From contig JAFSRX010000013.1 of assembly GCA_017445905.1 (NCBI GenBank), positions 15,815 through 79,814 on the forward strand: a stretch of DNA of 64,000 nt. Direction: 5' to 3'. How positions within the stretch are numbered: position 1 is the first letter of the stretch; each line of letters starts with the position of its first letter. The notes beneath the pieces are model-generated. The model searched no databases, was not told where the DNA came from, and saw only the letters and a list, made by a program, of their open reading frames with translations. This DNA comes from Eubacterium sp. GTDB lineage: Bacteria; Bacillota; Clostridia; Oscillospirales; Acutalibacteraceae. A program made the position numbers and the translations under genes. This document shows, one piece after another, positions 1 through 10,268 of this stretch.

Positions 1-99
1 AAAAATATCAAGTTTTAAATCAACAAAAAGTGCAACAACAAGTGCAGCGGCTGAGAATAAATAGAAAAAGATTATTTCATTTTTATACTTCTTTAACAT
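1..99 (-). CDS. 5' fragment of a membrane protein running off the window start (MLKKYKNEIIFFYLFSAAALVVALFVDLKLDIF...)
   Basis: ATG at 99 on the minus strand behind an AGGTGA RBS; open for 33 codons to the window edge; hydrophobic N-terminus. Not in the ORF track. Confidence 0.6.
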   Translation of the reverse strand, partial: MLKKYKNEIIFFYLFSAAALVVALFVDLKLDIF

Positions 100-227
100 A
101 ACATCACCTGTAATTATATTAACAGATTTCAACTTCTCTTTCAATATATCTTATATATTTTTGCTATTATTGATTTTATGTTATATATATGGTATAATGA
201 TAAAAATATTTTGTTCAGGAAAAAGTT

Positions 228-2126
228 ATGTTTGATTGCAAAATGGTAATAAACAGATTAAGTATTGAAGAAAACAAACTTCGTATTTCAGTGGCATTCA
301 GTTGCGAATATAACGCCGATGTTACTTCACCTAAGGCGAAGGTGTTCTTTCAGCAGGGTGAAACAACAAGAAGACTGCCCCTTCTGATGACGAATTATTT
401 TCGCCAGAAGCAAAGAGAGAGCTGCGTTGTTGTTTGTAACTATACTTATTTGATTGATAAACTGTTTTTTAATAAAGACAGTGATGAGGATATAAAAATC
501 AGAATTGATTTTTACTATGGAGAAAACGAAATAACAGGTGTTCCGTTCAGTATTTCATCCAATGTTATTCTTGATAATCCTGATATTGAAGTTAGCGAAG
601 AAAACATTGAATATGAATGCTTTGACGGCGTTGCTGTATTTGACAGTGCTTCTGAATATGAAACATCAAATGAAAAATATTTTGATAAATATAAATTTGA
701 TTTTGATTTCAAAGAAAACCTGATTATTCTTAAAAAGACTGATAAGGCAAGAAAAAGAAGAAAATTCAAGCCTGTTAGTACGCTGATAAAATTCATTTTA
801 TTTGTTTTAAGAGTTTTGCTTGCAGTTGCGTTAGCTCCGTATTTTGTTATTGACGGATTTTTTGCTGCACTCGGAATTGTTCCGAGAAGAGCAACGAAAC
901 AGATTGATACCCTTTCAAAAAATATCTTTGTTCAGATAAAAATCAATTTTTCTTCATTTTTGAAGACAAGCTTCAAAAAATCAAATGTTGTTGAAAATCT
1001 TAGAAAACCGGTTTTAGCCCTTTTCAGATATTACTACAGAGTCCTTTGTGACCATCATGAAATCGTTCCTAACCGAATTGCATTTATGTCGGGGAGAAGG
1101 GACGAGATGGGCGGAAATCCCGAATTTGTTTATAATCTGATTAAAGACAGAGAGGATATCGATTTTAAATTCCTTCTTTTTTCGGACCCGAACGGCCATA
1201 GTAAGCTCAAAAACATTCGCCGCTTTATGCATTTATATGCAACGAGCAAGGTTGTTATTGTTGATGATTATTTCAGGCTTCTCAATGCAGTTGACAAAAG
1301 GGAAGGGGTTAATCTTTTTCAGCTCTGGCATGCCTGCGGCGCATTCAAAACCTTTGGCTTTACAAGACTCGGTAAAAAGGGCGGACCAAAGCAGAATGAT
1401 GTTAACCATAGAATGTATGACTGTGCTATAGTCAGCTCCCAGGAAATTGCAAAGCACTATGCTGAGGGCTTTGGACTCAGCGATGAATGCATTGCCGCAA
1501 CGGGTATTCCGAGAACGGATATATTTATGGATGAGCATTATGCAAAAAGCATTCAAGAACGCTTTTATGAAAAACGGCCTCAGCTCAGGGATAAAAAGAT
1601 TATTCTTTTTGCTCCTACTTTCAGAGGAAACGGTCAGATGAGTGCATATTATCCTCTTGAAGCGTTTGACCCTGCCACTCTTTATGAAAGCCTTTCTGAA
1701 GAATATGCAATCCTTATAAAGCTCCATCCCTTCTGTCAGGAAAGATACGTTATTGATGAGAAGTATAAGGATTATATAATCGATTTATCTGAAGAGGATG
1801 AACTAAATGATTTGCTTTTTGTAACCGACTTGCTTATAACTGATTATTCAAGCGTTATTTTTGAAGCATCTCTTCGCGGTATTCCGATGCTGTTTTATGC
1901 TTATGATTTATATGAGTATATTTCAAGCAGAGATTTCTATTATGATTTTGAGAGCTTTGTTCCGGGTAAAATTGTTTTCTCACAGAGTGACCTTATAAAA
2001 AGCATTAAAGAAAACGATTTTGATACGGAAAAGGTTGACGGTTTTAAGAATAAGTTCTTTGACTCTCTTGACGGAAAATCTTCCCAGAGAGTTGCCGATT
2101 TAATAGTTGATAAGTTAGATATATAA
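228..2126 (+). CDS. CDP-glycerol/ribitol:poly(polyol-phosphate) phosphotransferase, TagB/TagF/TarL family, with a long N-terminal extension
   Basis: Family motifs QLWHACGAFK, GIPRTD, FAPTFRG, KLHP and TDYSSVIFE; directly upstream of tarI-tarJ. Confidence 0.9.
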   Translation: MFDCKMVINRLSIEENKLRISVAFSCEYNADVTSPKAKVFFQQGETTRRLPLLMTNYFRQKQRESCVVVCNYTYLIDKLFFNKDSDEDIKIRIDFYYGENEITGVPFSISSNVILDNPDIEVSEENIEYECFDGVAVFDSASEYETSNEKYFDKYKFDFDFKENLIILKKTDKARKRRKFKPVSTLIKFILFVLRVLLAVALAPYFVIDGFFAALGIVPRRATKQIDTLSKNIFVQIKINFSSFLKTSFKKSNVVENLRKPVLALFRYYYRVLCDHHEIVPNRIAFMSGRRDEMGGNPEFVYNLIKDREDIDFKFLLFSDPNGHSKLKNIRRFMHLYATSKVVIVDDYFRLLNAVDKREGVNLFQLWHACGAFKTFGFTRLGKKGGPKQNDVNHRMYDCAIVSSQEIAKHYAEGFGLSDECIAATGIPRTDIFMDEHYAKSIQERFYEKRPQLRDKKIILFAPTFRGNGQMSAYYPLEAFDPATLYESLSEEYAILIKLHPFCQERYVIDEKYKDYIIDLSEEDELNDLLFVTDLLITDYSSVIFEASLRGIPMLFYAYDLYEYISSRDFYYDFESFVPGKIVFSQSDLIKSIKENDFDTEKVDGFKNKFFDSLDGKSSQRVADLIVDKLDI

Positions 2127-2139
2127 AGGAGATATTAAT

Positions 2140-2853
2140 ATGGTTTACGGAGTTGTTTTAGCAGGCGGAATCGGTTCCAGAATGGGCGGAGATAAGCCGA
2201 AACAGTATCTTGAAGTTAAAAACAAGCCGATTATTATTTATACAATCGAAAAATTCTTTTCAGTACCTGATTTTGAGAAGATTATTGTTCTTTGCCCTAA
2301 TCAGTGGGTTGAGCATACAAAAAATCTTATTGAAAAGTATATTTCTCCTGTTAAAGACAGAGTTGTTGTTATTGAAGGCGGAAATACAAGAAACGAAACA
2401 ATTATGAACGCCATCAAATTCATTGACGGTGAGGGTAAGCTCGACGAAGAAACAATAATTGTTACCCACGACAGCGTTCGTCCGTTTGTTACCCACAGAA
2501 TTATTAAAGAAAATATTGAAGCTGCAAAAGAATTCGGTGCTTGTGATACAGTTGTTCCTGCAACGGATACAATAGTTGAAGCACTTGATAATTCCTTTAT
2601 CAGCGATATTCCCGACAGAAGTAAAATGTATCAGGGTCAGACTCCTCAGTCGTTTAATGCAATGAAGCTCAAGAGGATGTATGATTCGATAACTGATGAA
2701 GAAAAAGCAATTCTGACAGATGCTGCAAAAATCTTCGTTATCAAAGGCGAAAAGGTTGCTCTTGTCGATGGTGAAACATATAACGTTAAAATAACTTATC
2801 CATACGATTTGCGTGTTGCAAGGTCATTCCTGGAGGAACAAGAGGATGATTAA
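2140..2853 (+). CDS. tarI: Ribitol-5-phosphate cytidylyltransferase (IspD/TarI family)
   Basis: LAGGIGSRMG..PKQY, HDSVRPF, QTPQSF and KITYPYDL motifs; paired with a TarJ-like gene. Confidence 0.88.
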   Translation: MVYGVVLAGGIGSRMGGDKPKQYLEVKNKPIIIYTIEKFFSVPDFEKIIVLCPNQWVEHTKNLIEKYISPVKDRVVVIEGGNTRNETIMNAIKFIDGEGKLDEETIIVTHDSVRPFVTHRIIKENIEAAKEFGACDTVVPATDTIVEALDNSFISDIPDRSKMYQGQTPQSFNAMKLKRMYDSITDEEKAILTDAAKIFVIKGEKVALVDGETYNVKITYPYDLRVARSFLEEQEDD

Positions 2854-3871
2854 TACAGTATTTCGATTAGTATCTCCGAGGCGCTTTGAAATAGCGTTTG
2901 AGGATATTGATTTGTTTTCGGGCAATGTAATAGTCAGACCGACAAATCTATCTATCTGCAACGCCGATATGCGCTACTATCTCGGAACAAGGGATGCAAA
3001 GGTTCTTGCCGAAAAGCTTCCAATGGCGCTTATCCACGAGGGAATAGGCGAGATCGTTTTCGATCCGACAAATACCTTTAAATCGGGCGATTTAGTTGTT
3101 ATGGTCCCCAATATGCCCACTGAAGAGGATGAATATATTGGCGAAAACTATCTTCGCTCATCAAAATTCTGCGGTTCTTCTATGGATGGATTTCTTCAGG
3201 AATATGTTGAAATATCACCGAAAAGACTTGTTCTTCTTCCAAAGGAAATTGACAGAAATGTTGCAGCGTTTACTGAAATTGTTTCGGTTTCAGTTCATGC
3301 AATATCAAGGTTTGATAAAATAGCCCACGAAAGACGTAATGTTATCGGAGTCTGGGGCGACGGCAATCTCGGATATATTACATCACTGTTTTTAAAATAT
3401 ACTTTTCCAAATTCTAAGATTGTTGTTTTCGGAACACAGAGAGAAAAGCTCGCCGATTTTACATTTGCAGATGAAACATATCTCGTTCATGAAATTCCTG
3501 AAGGATTTACTATGGACCACGCCTTTGAATGTGTTGGCGGAAACGGAAGTCCTATTGCCATTGAGCAGATTATAGGGCTCATCAAACCCGAGGGAACAAT
3601 ATCAATCCTCGGAGTAAGCGAGTATCCCGTTTCGGTTAATACAAGAATGATTCTTGAAAAGGGACTTCGTGTTTTCGGCTCATCGAGAAGCGGAGTTGAT
3701 GATTTCAGAAAAACAGTTGAAATGTATAAGGCTCACCCTGAAATTATTGATTATCTCGGAAACCTTGTTTTCAGCGTTAATACTGTTAGAACAACAAAAG
3801 ACCTGAAAGAAGCGTTTGAAAGAGATACAAGAAAGCATTTCGGAAAAGTTATTATGAAATGGGAACTTTAA
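2846..3871 (+). CDS. tarJ: Ribitol-5-phosphate dehydrogenase (MDR family)
   Basis: MIN.VF.LVSPRRF start, SICNADMRYY, PMALIHE, GDGNLG. Start moved to ATG 2846 (GGAGG upstream, 8-bp overlap with tarI). Confidence 0.88.
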   Translation: MINTVFRLVSPRRFEIAFEDIDLFSGNVIVRPTNLSICNADMRYYLGTRDAKVLAEKLPMALIHEGIGEIVFDPTNTFKSGDLVVMVPNMPTEEDEYIGENYLRSSKFCGSSMDGFLQEYVEISPKRLVLLPKEIDRNVAAFTEIVSVSVHAISRFDKIAHERRNVIGVWGDGNLGYITSLFLKYTFPNSKIVVFGTQREKLADFTFADETYLVHEIPEGFTMDHAFECVGGNGSPIAIEQIIGLIKPEGTISILGVSEYPVSVNTRMILEKGLRVFGSSRSGVDDFRKTVEMYKAHPEIIDYLGNLVFSVNTVRTTKDLKEAFERDTRKHFGKVIMKWEL

Positions 3872-3891
3872 TTATAATTTAGGAGAATACT

Positions 3892-4296
3892 ATGTTAAGA
3901 AGAATAGTATCTGTTTTAATCCCAGTGGCATTTGGTATTATTATAATTGTTATTGGCTGTGTCAATGTATCGCAGGTTAAAAACTTTCCTGAGGTTAATG
4001 CTGTTGTTACGAAAATAGATATTGACTATTCAACCGATGCGGACGGCGACACAACTGAGGACGAAACTGTTTTTGTTGAATACACTGTTGATGATAAGAC
4101 TTACAACGAAGAACTCAACTATGCTCCGAGCGGACTTGAAGAAAAACAGAAAATAACTGTTCGCTATAATCCTGAAAAGCCCGAATATGTTTCAGGCGCA
4201 ACAAAAAAGAGCGGAATAATTAAAATAGTTATCGGTGCAGCGATTATATTAATTAGCCTTATAGCTAAATTATTAGGAATTCTCAGAGGAAGATAA
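3892..4296 (+). CDS. Small two-TM membrane protein, DUF3592-like
   Basis: N- and C-terminal TM helices around a beta-rich loop with the 'V.Y.P..P' motif (VRYNPEKPE). Confidence 0.7.
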   Translation: MLRRIVSVLIPVAFGIIIIVIGCVNVSQVKNFPEVNAVVTKIDIDYSTDADGDTTEDETVFVEYTVDDKTYNEELNYAPSGLEEKQKITVRYNPEKPEYVSGATKKSGIIKIVIGAAIILISLIAKLLGILRGR

Positions 4297-4314
4297 AACA
4301 TATATAATAAATCA

Positions 4315-4338
4315 AAGCCTCGGCAATCGCCGAGGCTT
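4315..4338. terminator. Intrinsic terminator between convergent genes
   Basis: Perfect 10-bp stem aagcctcggc/gccgaggctt with a 4-nt loop. Confidence 0.8.
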
Positions 4339-5209
4339 AATTTTGTAGTTTTTTATTTATTGTGTTTAAAGTTTTCTTTTTATCAGCACTCCAGAGGGGA
4401 GCGATGAGGTCTTTTTTTGCGCCGTCACCGGTTATTCGATGAACTACAACCTCTTTTGGAATAATATCAATGCACTGTTTTATTATATCTGCGTATTCTT
4501 CAAGTGAAAGTACTTTTACTTTACACTCATTGTATTCTTTTTCAAGGTCAGTTCCTCTTATAACGTGAAGCAGCTGCAATTTGATTCCGTCTGTTTTTTT
4601 GCAAACATATTCAACACTTTCAAGAATATCTTTTCTGCTCTCATTCGGAAGTCCGATAATTAAATGAGTTACAACATTAATATTGATTTTGTGGAGCTTT
4701 TCAACCCCTTCATCATAAACGCTGAGAGGATATCCGCGCCTTATGTACTGAGCGGTTTTTTCGTGAATTGTCTGTAATCCAAGTTCAACGAAAACAGGCT
4801 TGATTTTGTTTATTTCATCAAGTAAATCAATAACTTCTTTGCCGAGACAGTCGGGGCGGGTTGCTATTGAAATGGCAACGATATCGGGGTGATTTATCGC
4901 CTGAAAGTATTTTTCCCTGAGTTCATCAAGCGGTGCGTATGTATTGGTAAAAGCCTGAAAGTATGCAATAAATTTTCCGTCTTTTATTTTCTTTTCAACA
5001 AGGTGTTTTCCCTGTTCAATCTGATTGCTCACTGATAACTCTCTGTTACCAGCAAACTCTCCGCTTCCGCCTTTAGAACAGAAAATGCATCCCCTTGTTC
5101 CAAGAGTTCCGTCTCTGTTAGGGCAGGTAAATCCACCGTCAATGGCAAGTTTATATACTTTACACCCAAAGCGCTCTTTGAGATATGAATTAAGACTTGT
5201 ATAGCTCAT
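4337..5209 (-). CDS. TIGR01212-family radical SAM protein (YhcC/YtqA-like)
   Basis: GFTCPNRDG...GCIFC motif, YFQAFTNTY, IATRPDCL, ELGLQT. True start MSYTSLN at 5209; the track's upstream extension overlaps the next gene. Confidence 0.9.
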   Translation of the reverse strand: MSYTSLNSYLKERFGCKVYKLAIDGGFTCPNRDGTLGTRGCIFCSKGGSGEFAGNRELSVSNQIEQGKHLVEKKIKDGKFIAYFQAFTNTYAPLDELREKYFQAINHPDIVAISIATRPDCLGKEVIDLLDEINKIKPVFVELGLQTIHEKTAQYIRRGYPLSVYDEGVEKLHKININVVTHLIIGLPNESRKDILESVEYVCKKTDGIKLQLLHVIRGTDLEKEYNECKVKVLSLEEYADIIKQCIDIIPKEVVVHRITGDGAKKDLIAPLWSADKKKTLNTINKKLQN

Positions 5210-5954
5210 AGAATTCCTTAATATTCTTATCGTTTCCGCAGATATATGACTGAATTTTTGAGGGGTCAATATCTTTTCCATCGGCAGTTTTTGCAATTCC
5301 TCCAGCTTCCTGAAGAATAACTGTTGCGCCGACCCAGTCCCACGGACGAAGAATAAGCTCGTAATAAAAATCGGCTTTCCCTGCAGCAACATAACAGATA
5401 TCAAGCGCTGCCGAACCCGCTCTTCTGACCTCGATTGATCTTAAAAACAGCTTTTCAGCTAAATCAAATGTTTTATGAGCAAATTCGTGTTCATAGGGGC
5501 AGGTTCCGAAAAGAACAAGGCTGTTTTCAATACTCTCATCAGAAGCAAAAATTCTCTCTCCGTTTAAGAATGCGCCCTTGCCCTTCTGAGCATAGTAGAT
5601 ATTATTTCTGTCGGGGTCAAGAACAACTCCAATATACAGCTCCTTATCCTTAGTTAAACCAACGCTTATTGCAGAATGCTGAAAGCCTTTTATAAAATTC
5701 GTTGTTCCGTCAATCGGGTCAATAATAAAACAAAAGTCGTCGGAAAGCTCTTTTTTCTCATCGCCCTCCTCACACATAAAATGAGCATCGGGAATGATTT
5801 TTGTTAGTTCCTCAATAAGGAACTCCTGAATCAATTTATCATATTTCGTAACGAGATTAACATTTGAGCCTTTTTTGATAATGTCAAGGTCACTTCCTGC
5901 ACTTTTATAGATTTCTCCCGCTTGTTTAACAACTTCAACTATTCTTTCAAGCAT
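5190..5954 (-). CDS. Inositol monophosphatase family protein (SuhB-like)
   Basis: CEEG, IIDPIDGTTNF, RRAGSAALD, WDW motifs. Confidence 0.9.
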   Translation of the reverse strand: MLERIVEVVKQAGEIYKSAGSDLDIIKKGSNVNLVTKYDKLIQEFLIEELTKIIPDAHFMCEEGDEKKELSDDFCFIIDPIDGTTNFIKGFQHSAISVGLTKDKELYIGVVLDPDRNNIYYAQKGKGAFLNGERIFASDESIENSLVLFGTCPYEHEFAHKTFDLAEKLFLRSIEVRRAGSAALDICYVAAGKADFYYELILRPWDWVGATVILQEAGGIAKTADGKDIDPSKIQSYICGNDKNIKEFYELYKS

Positions 5955-6023
5955 AGTGATAATTCCTTTCCCCAGTATGCTTCCATTTTATCATATATTG
6001 AGGATTTTTCAATATAATTTACT

Positions 6024-7352
6024 ATGGTATTTATAACAATTCTAACTGCAAAACTGATTTTTAAGATTTTAAGGCTGCTTGGTCTGGGGGCAACAACCCT
6101 TCCCGGAAAAGTTGCGCTTAAAATGAAATATAATATTCTTAACAAGCTCTCAAGGGGAGTTAAGATAATCTGTATAACAGGAACAAACGGAAAAACAACA
6201 ACCTGCGCACTTGTTGAACACGCTCTGAAATCAGAGGGGTATTCATATTTCATAAATAAAAGCGGAGCAAATATGATAAGCGGAGTGGCTTCATCTTTTA
6301 TTGTGAACTGTTCTGTTTTCGGAAACTGTAAAAAGGAGTATGCAATTCTTGAATGTGATGAAAACAGTTTTCCTGAAATATCAAGATATCTTGATGCAAG
6401 GGTTGTTGCTGTAACCAATATATTTCGTGACCAACTCGACAGATACGGAGAAATTCAGACAACGCTGAATACAATAGTCAGCGCAATAAATAATATGCCC
6501 GATGCTGTTGTTGCGCTTAACGCTGACTGCCCCTTAACATATTCAATAAGCGAAAAATGCGATAATGATATTATAACTTTCGGTATAAATGCGGACTATA
6601 AATTGAAATCCGCTGACGATAACCGCTTCTGTCCTGTTTGCAAAAGTGAACTGATTTATAAATCAAGAGTATATGCTCAGCTTGGTAATTACCACTGTCC
6701 GAAATGCGCTTTTAAAAGGGTTTATCCAGATATTTGTGCAGAGGATATCGTGTCACTTGATGATGGTTATTTTGAGTTCTTTCTAAGATATGGGAGCGAA
6801 AGAAGGTTTAAATCAATTTCACTCGCAGGAATATACAATGTGTATAATTTTTGCTGTGCGTCTGCAATTTTGAAAACTTTGAGTATCAGCACAAACTCGC
6901 TTGATTCCTTTACAGGGGCATTTGGAAGAATGGAAAAATTTTTCGGTGACGGCTATGAGGTGCTTTTACTTCTTGTTAAAAATCCTGTAGGATTTTCAAA
7001 TTGCATTAATTTTGTGTCAAAAATGAACGGATATAATCTTGTATTTGCATTGAATGATAACGAGGCGGACGGAGTGGATGTCAGCTGGATATGGGATACT
7101 TCGTTTTTAAAATTAAAAGAAAAGAAAACACATTTTTTAACTATCGGAAAACGCTCATTTGATATGGCGCTTCGTCTGAAATATGACGGAATATCAGTAT
7201 ATGAAATAATTGACGGTGAGGACTATGAAAAACTTATCAGCTCAATCAATGAAAAGAAAAAGAACACTGTTATTCTCGCTAACTATACTTCTATGATGAA
7301 TATGCGGCGGCATTTTGTCAGCCGTTTCGGAGGAAAGGAGTTTTGGGAGTGA
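6024..7352 (+). CDS. murT: Lipid II isoglutaminyl synthase subunit MurT (Mur ligase with DUF1727)
   Basis: GTNGKTTT P-loop, NIFRDQLDRYGE, two CxxC zinc motifs, LVKNPVG, DGVDVSWIWD; followed by gatD. Confidence 0.9.
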   Translation: MVFITILTAKLIFKILRLLGLGATTLPGKVALKMKYNILNKLSRGVKIICITGTNGKTTTCALVEHALKSEGYSYFINKSGANMISGVASSFIVNCSVFGNCKKEYAILECDENSFPEISRYLDARVVAVTNIFRDQLDRYGEIQTTLNTIVSAINNMPDAVVALNADCPLTYSISEKCDNDIITFGINADYKLKSADDNRFCPVCKSELIYKSRVYAQLGNYHCPKCAFKRVYPDICAEDIVSLDDGYFEFFLRYGSERRFKSISLAGIYNVYNFCCASAILKTLSISTNSLDSFTGAFGRMEKFFGDGYEVLLLLVKNPVGFSNCINFVSKMNGYNLVFALNDNEADGVDVSWIWDTSFLKLKEKKTHFLTIGKRSFDMALRLKYDGISVYEIIDGEDYEKLISSINEKKKNTVILANYTSMMNMRRHFVSRFGGKEFWE

Positions 7353-8047
7353 AGAGAATAAAAATTGTTCATCTCTATCCTAAGGAGCTTAATTTATACG
7401 GTGATATCGGAAATGTTATCTGCCTTTATTACAGGCTGATAAAACGCGGCATTCCTGCGGAAATAGAAAATGTAGGAATAGGGGACAGACTCGGAGAATT
7501 CGACATTCTTGTTATCGGCGGAGGTCAGGACAGAGAGATGAATATAATTTCAAACGACCTGAAAAGAAAGAGTGAAATGCTTTCTTACTGCGTTAACTGC
7601 GGTAAAACTGTTTTTGCTGTTTGTGCGGGTTTTCAGCTACTGGGCAGGAATTATATTGATTCAAATGGACGGGAGGTGAAACTGAGCTCGGCTATTGATT
7701 TTTATACAAAAGCAGGAGAAAAAAGAATGATTGGAAATATAGTTTATAATTCTCCCTTTGGAAAAATAATCGGATTTGAAAACCACAGCGGAAAAACCTA
7801 TCTTTCAAAAAAATATAAACCTTTGGGAAAGGTTATCAGAGGATACGGAAATAACGGTGAGGATGGAAACGAAGGTATATTATATAAAAATACTATTGCA
7901 ACCTACGCCCATGGCGCAGTGCTTCCGAAAAACCCCGCCCTTGCCGATGAAATAATCAAACGTGCTCTTAAAAAAGACAGTCTTTTGGAACTTGATGACA
8001 GTATTGAAAACTCCTGCCATAATAAGTTAATTAATTTATTTAGTTGA
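7349..8047 (+). CDS. gatD: Type 1 glutamine amidotransferase GatD (CobQ-like)
   Basis: LNLYGDIGN, GGGQD, VCAGFQLLG (catalytic Cys), GFENHSG, TYAHG. GTG start overlaps the murT stop (GTGA). Confidence 0.9.
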   Translation: MKRIKIVHLYPKELNLYGDIGNVICLYYRLIKRGIPAEIENVGIGDRLGEFDILVIGGGQDREMNIISNDLKRKSEMLSYCVNCGKTVFAVCAGFQLLGRNYIDSNGREVKLSSAIDFYTKAGEKRMIGNIVYNSPFGKIIGFENHSGKTYLSKKYKPLGKVIRGYGNNGEDGNEGILYKNTIATYAHGAVLPKNPALADEIIKRALKKDSLLELDDSIENSCHNKLINLFS

Positions 8048-8071
8048 AAAAATAATTCTTTATGCTATAAT
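8043..8071 (+). promoter_or_regulatory. sigma-A promoter of the peptidase-ABC-GH2 unit
   Basis: TTGAAA-17 nt-TATAAT with a TG extension (ATGCTATAAT). Confidence 0.6.
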
Positions 8072-8105
8072 TATAAATAATTCTAAACAATTAAGGAACG
8101 TATAA

Positions 8106-8570
8106 ATGACGGAATATACATCAATAAAAGAAATCCTCGAAAAAACAGGAACTTATACAGGACTTACTGTCGGTTCATCCATGGAGCCGCTGCTCCATCA
8201 GCAAAAAGATAATATTATAGTTGTTTATCCTGAGGAAAGACTGAAAAAATATGATGTTGCTCTCTATGTAACTCCGCGCGGAAAATATATTATGCACAGG
8301 GTAATTGAAGTTCATGATGACCACTATGTAATAATGGGAGACAATCTTCAGAAAAAAGAATATGTAAGCGATGATATGATTTGCGGAAAGCTAATCGGTT
8401 TTTATAAAAACGGAAAGAGATATATAGACTGCGAAAACTCAAAACTATATAAGTTTTATTCACGATTAATTGTTGCAGTCATACCGCTCAAGCCTGCTTA
8501 CTATTTTGTTCGCAGATACCTCGGAGCAATAAAAAGAAGAATACTAAAACTGTTTGGGAAGGATAAATAA
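8106..8570 (+). CDS. S24/S26-family serine peptidase (signal-peptidase-like, no N-terminal anchor)
   Basis: GSSMEPLL (catalytic Ser), YIMHRVI (His), GDN motif. Confidence 0.8.
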   Translation: MTEYTSIKEILEKTGTYTGLTVGSSMEPLLHQQKDNIIVVYPEERLKKYDVALYVTPRGKYIMHRVIEVHDDHYVIMGDNLQKKEYVSDDMICGKLIGFYKNGKRYIDCENSKLYKFYSRLIVAVIPLKPAYYFVRRYLGAIKRRILKLFGKDK

Positions 8571-10268
8571 GTGGAAAACAAAGGAAAGAGGAAAATCAGC
8601 AAAAGTGATATAGCAACTTTAAAGTGGATTTATTCTATTTGCAGGAGTGAACGCTTTAAGGTTTATCTTCTTGTTTTAACAAATGTTATTCACGGTGTTC
8701 TGACCATTGTTTTTGCTGGATTTTCAAAAAAGATTATTGATGCTGCAACAGTTGATAAATCGTTTGAAAAGGTTATTTATTATGCTCTGATGTTTCTCGG
8801 CGTTCTTGTTTTTCAGTTGTGTCTTAATTTAATCAGCAGAAGTACTTCTGAGCGCTGCAAGGCTAAAATTGAGTGGCATTTAAAACAGTATATGCTAAAA
8901 AGCATTATGAAAAAGGATTATGCCTCAGTCAGTAAATATCATACAGGCGAACTTCAGAACAGGATGTTTAATGATGTTACCGTTATTTCAGACGGATTTA
9001 CGACCATTCTTCCGAGCGTGCTTTTCTTCCTCGTTAGGCTGATAAGCGCATTCACATATCTTGTTATTATAGATAAAATCTTCGCAGTTGTTTTTCTTGT
9101 TGGCGGTATTGCAGTTTTTCTTTGCACACAGATGTTCAGAAAAACTCTTAAAAGACTTCATAAGGATGTTCAGGCAACGGAGGGAAAAACCCGTTCCTTT
9201 ATTCAGGAAGCAGTAACAAGTCTTCTTGTTGTTAAGTCTTTTTCTGTTGAAAAGAAAATCGCCTCTGAAGCAGATGAACTTCAAAGTGAAAACTATAAAG
9301 CAAAGATGAAAAGAAGATTTTTCGGAATTGCTGCCAATGCAGGAATCAGCTTTGTTTTCAGCCTCGGTTATGTTTTTGCTCTTGGCTTTGGAGCATACAG
9401 ACTTATGCACGGTATCAGCTACGGAACAGTAACCGCAATGCTTCAGCTTGTCAATCAGATTCAGTCACCCTTTGCAGCACTTTCGGGAGTTATGCCAAAG
9501 TATTTCTCACTTGTTGCTTCGGCAGAAAGACTTATTGAAATTGACTCGCTTCCCGATGAAACAAGCGAAAATTCTGCCATAAAGAATCCTGCTGAGGTTT
9601 ACGAAAGACTTAAAAGCATTAATTTCAACGATATTTCCTTCAGCTACGACAGAGATATTATTCTTGATAATACCTCGCTCAATATTAACAAGGGCGATTT
9701 CATTGCAATAATGGGGATTTCGGGAATAGGAAAAAGCACGCTCTTAAAACTTCTTCTCGGAGTTTTCAAAGTCCAAGACGGCAATATCGAGCTTGAACTT
9801 GATAACGAAAAAATTGAGGTTGATAATAAAACAAGAAGAATGTTTTCATATGTTCCCCAGGGCAATTTTCTTCTTTCGGGAACAATCAGAGATAATTTAA
9901 CCTTTATCAATGATGATGTGACTGAAGAGGAGATTGAAGAGGCAATAAGAATTTCGTGTTCGGATTCCTTTATCAGCGAGCTTCCCGAGGGAATTGAAAC
10001 CGTTATCGGCGAAAGGGGAATAGGTCTTTCGGAAGGTCAGCTTCAAAGACTTGCGATTGCTCGTTCTCTTCTTTCAAAGGCTCCTGTTATTCTTCTCGAT
10101 GAGGCAACCTCCGCGCTCGATGAAGAAACCGAAAAACGCTTTTTAACCAATCTTAAAATGCTTGATGAAAAAACCTGCATTATTGTGTCCCACAAAAAAG
10201 CAGCGCTTGAAATCTGCAATAAGCATGTTCAGATTGTTGATTCTAAAATAGTTGTGGAGGAGAAATAA
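8571..10268 (+). CDS. ABC exporter, fused permease and ATPase
   Basis: Six-TM N-terminal domain; Walker A GISGIGKST, signature LSEGQLQR, Walker B LLDEATSALD. Confidence 0.92.
   Translation: MENKGKRKISKSDIATLKWIYSICRSERFKVYLLVLTNVIHGVLTIVFAGFSKKIIDAATVDKSFEKVIYYALMFLGVLVFQLCLNLISRSTSERCKAKIEWHLKQYMLKSIMKKDYASVSKYHTGELQNRMFNDVTVISDGFTTILPSVLFFLVRLISAFTYLVIIDKIFAVVFLVGGIAVFLCTQMFRKTLKRLHKDVQATEGKTRSFIQEAVTSLLVVKSFSVEKKIASEADELQSENYKAKMKRRFFGIAANAGISFVFSLGYVFALGFGAYRLMHGISYGTVTAMLQLVNQIQSPFAALSGVMPKYFSLVASAERLIEIDSLPDETSENSAIKNPAEVYERLKSINFNDISFSYDRDIILDNTSLNINKGDFIAIMGISGIGKSTLLKLLLGVFKVQDGNIELELDNEKIEVDNKTRRMFSYVPQGNFLLSGTIRDNLTFINDDVTEEEIEEAIRISCSDSFISELPEGIETVIGERGIGLSEGQLQRLAIARSLLSKAPVILLDEATSALDEETEKRFLTNLKMLDEKTCIIVSHKKAALEICNKHVQIVDSKIVVEEK

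Noticed and set aside
5210-5404. N-terminal extension of the radical SAM ORF in the track
   Set aside because: Overlaps the inositol monophosphatase gene; family homology starts at MSYTSLN (5209).
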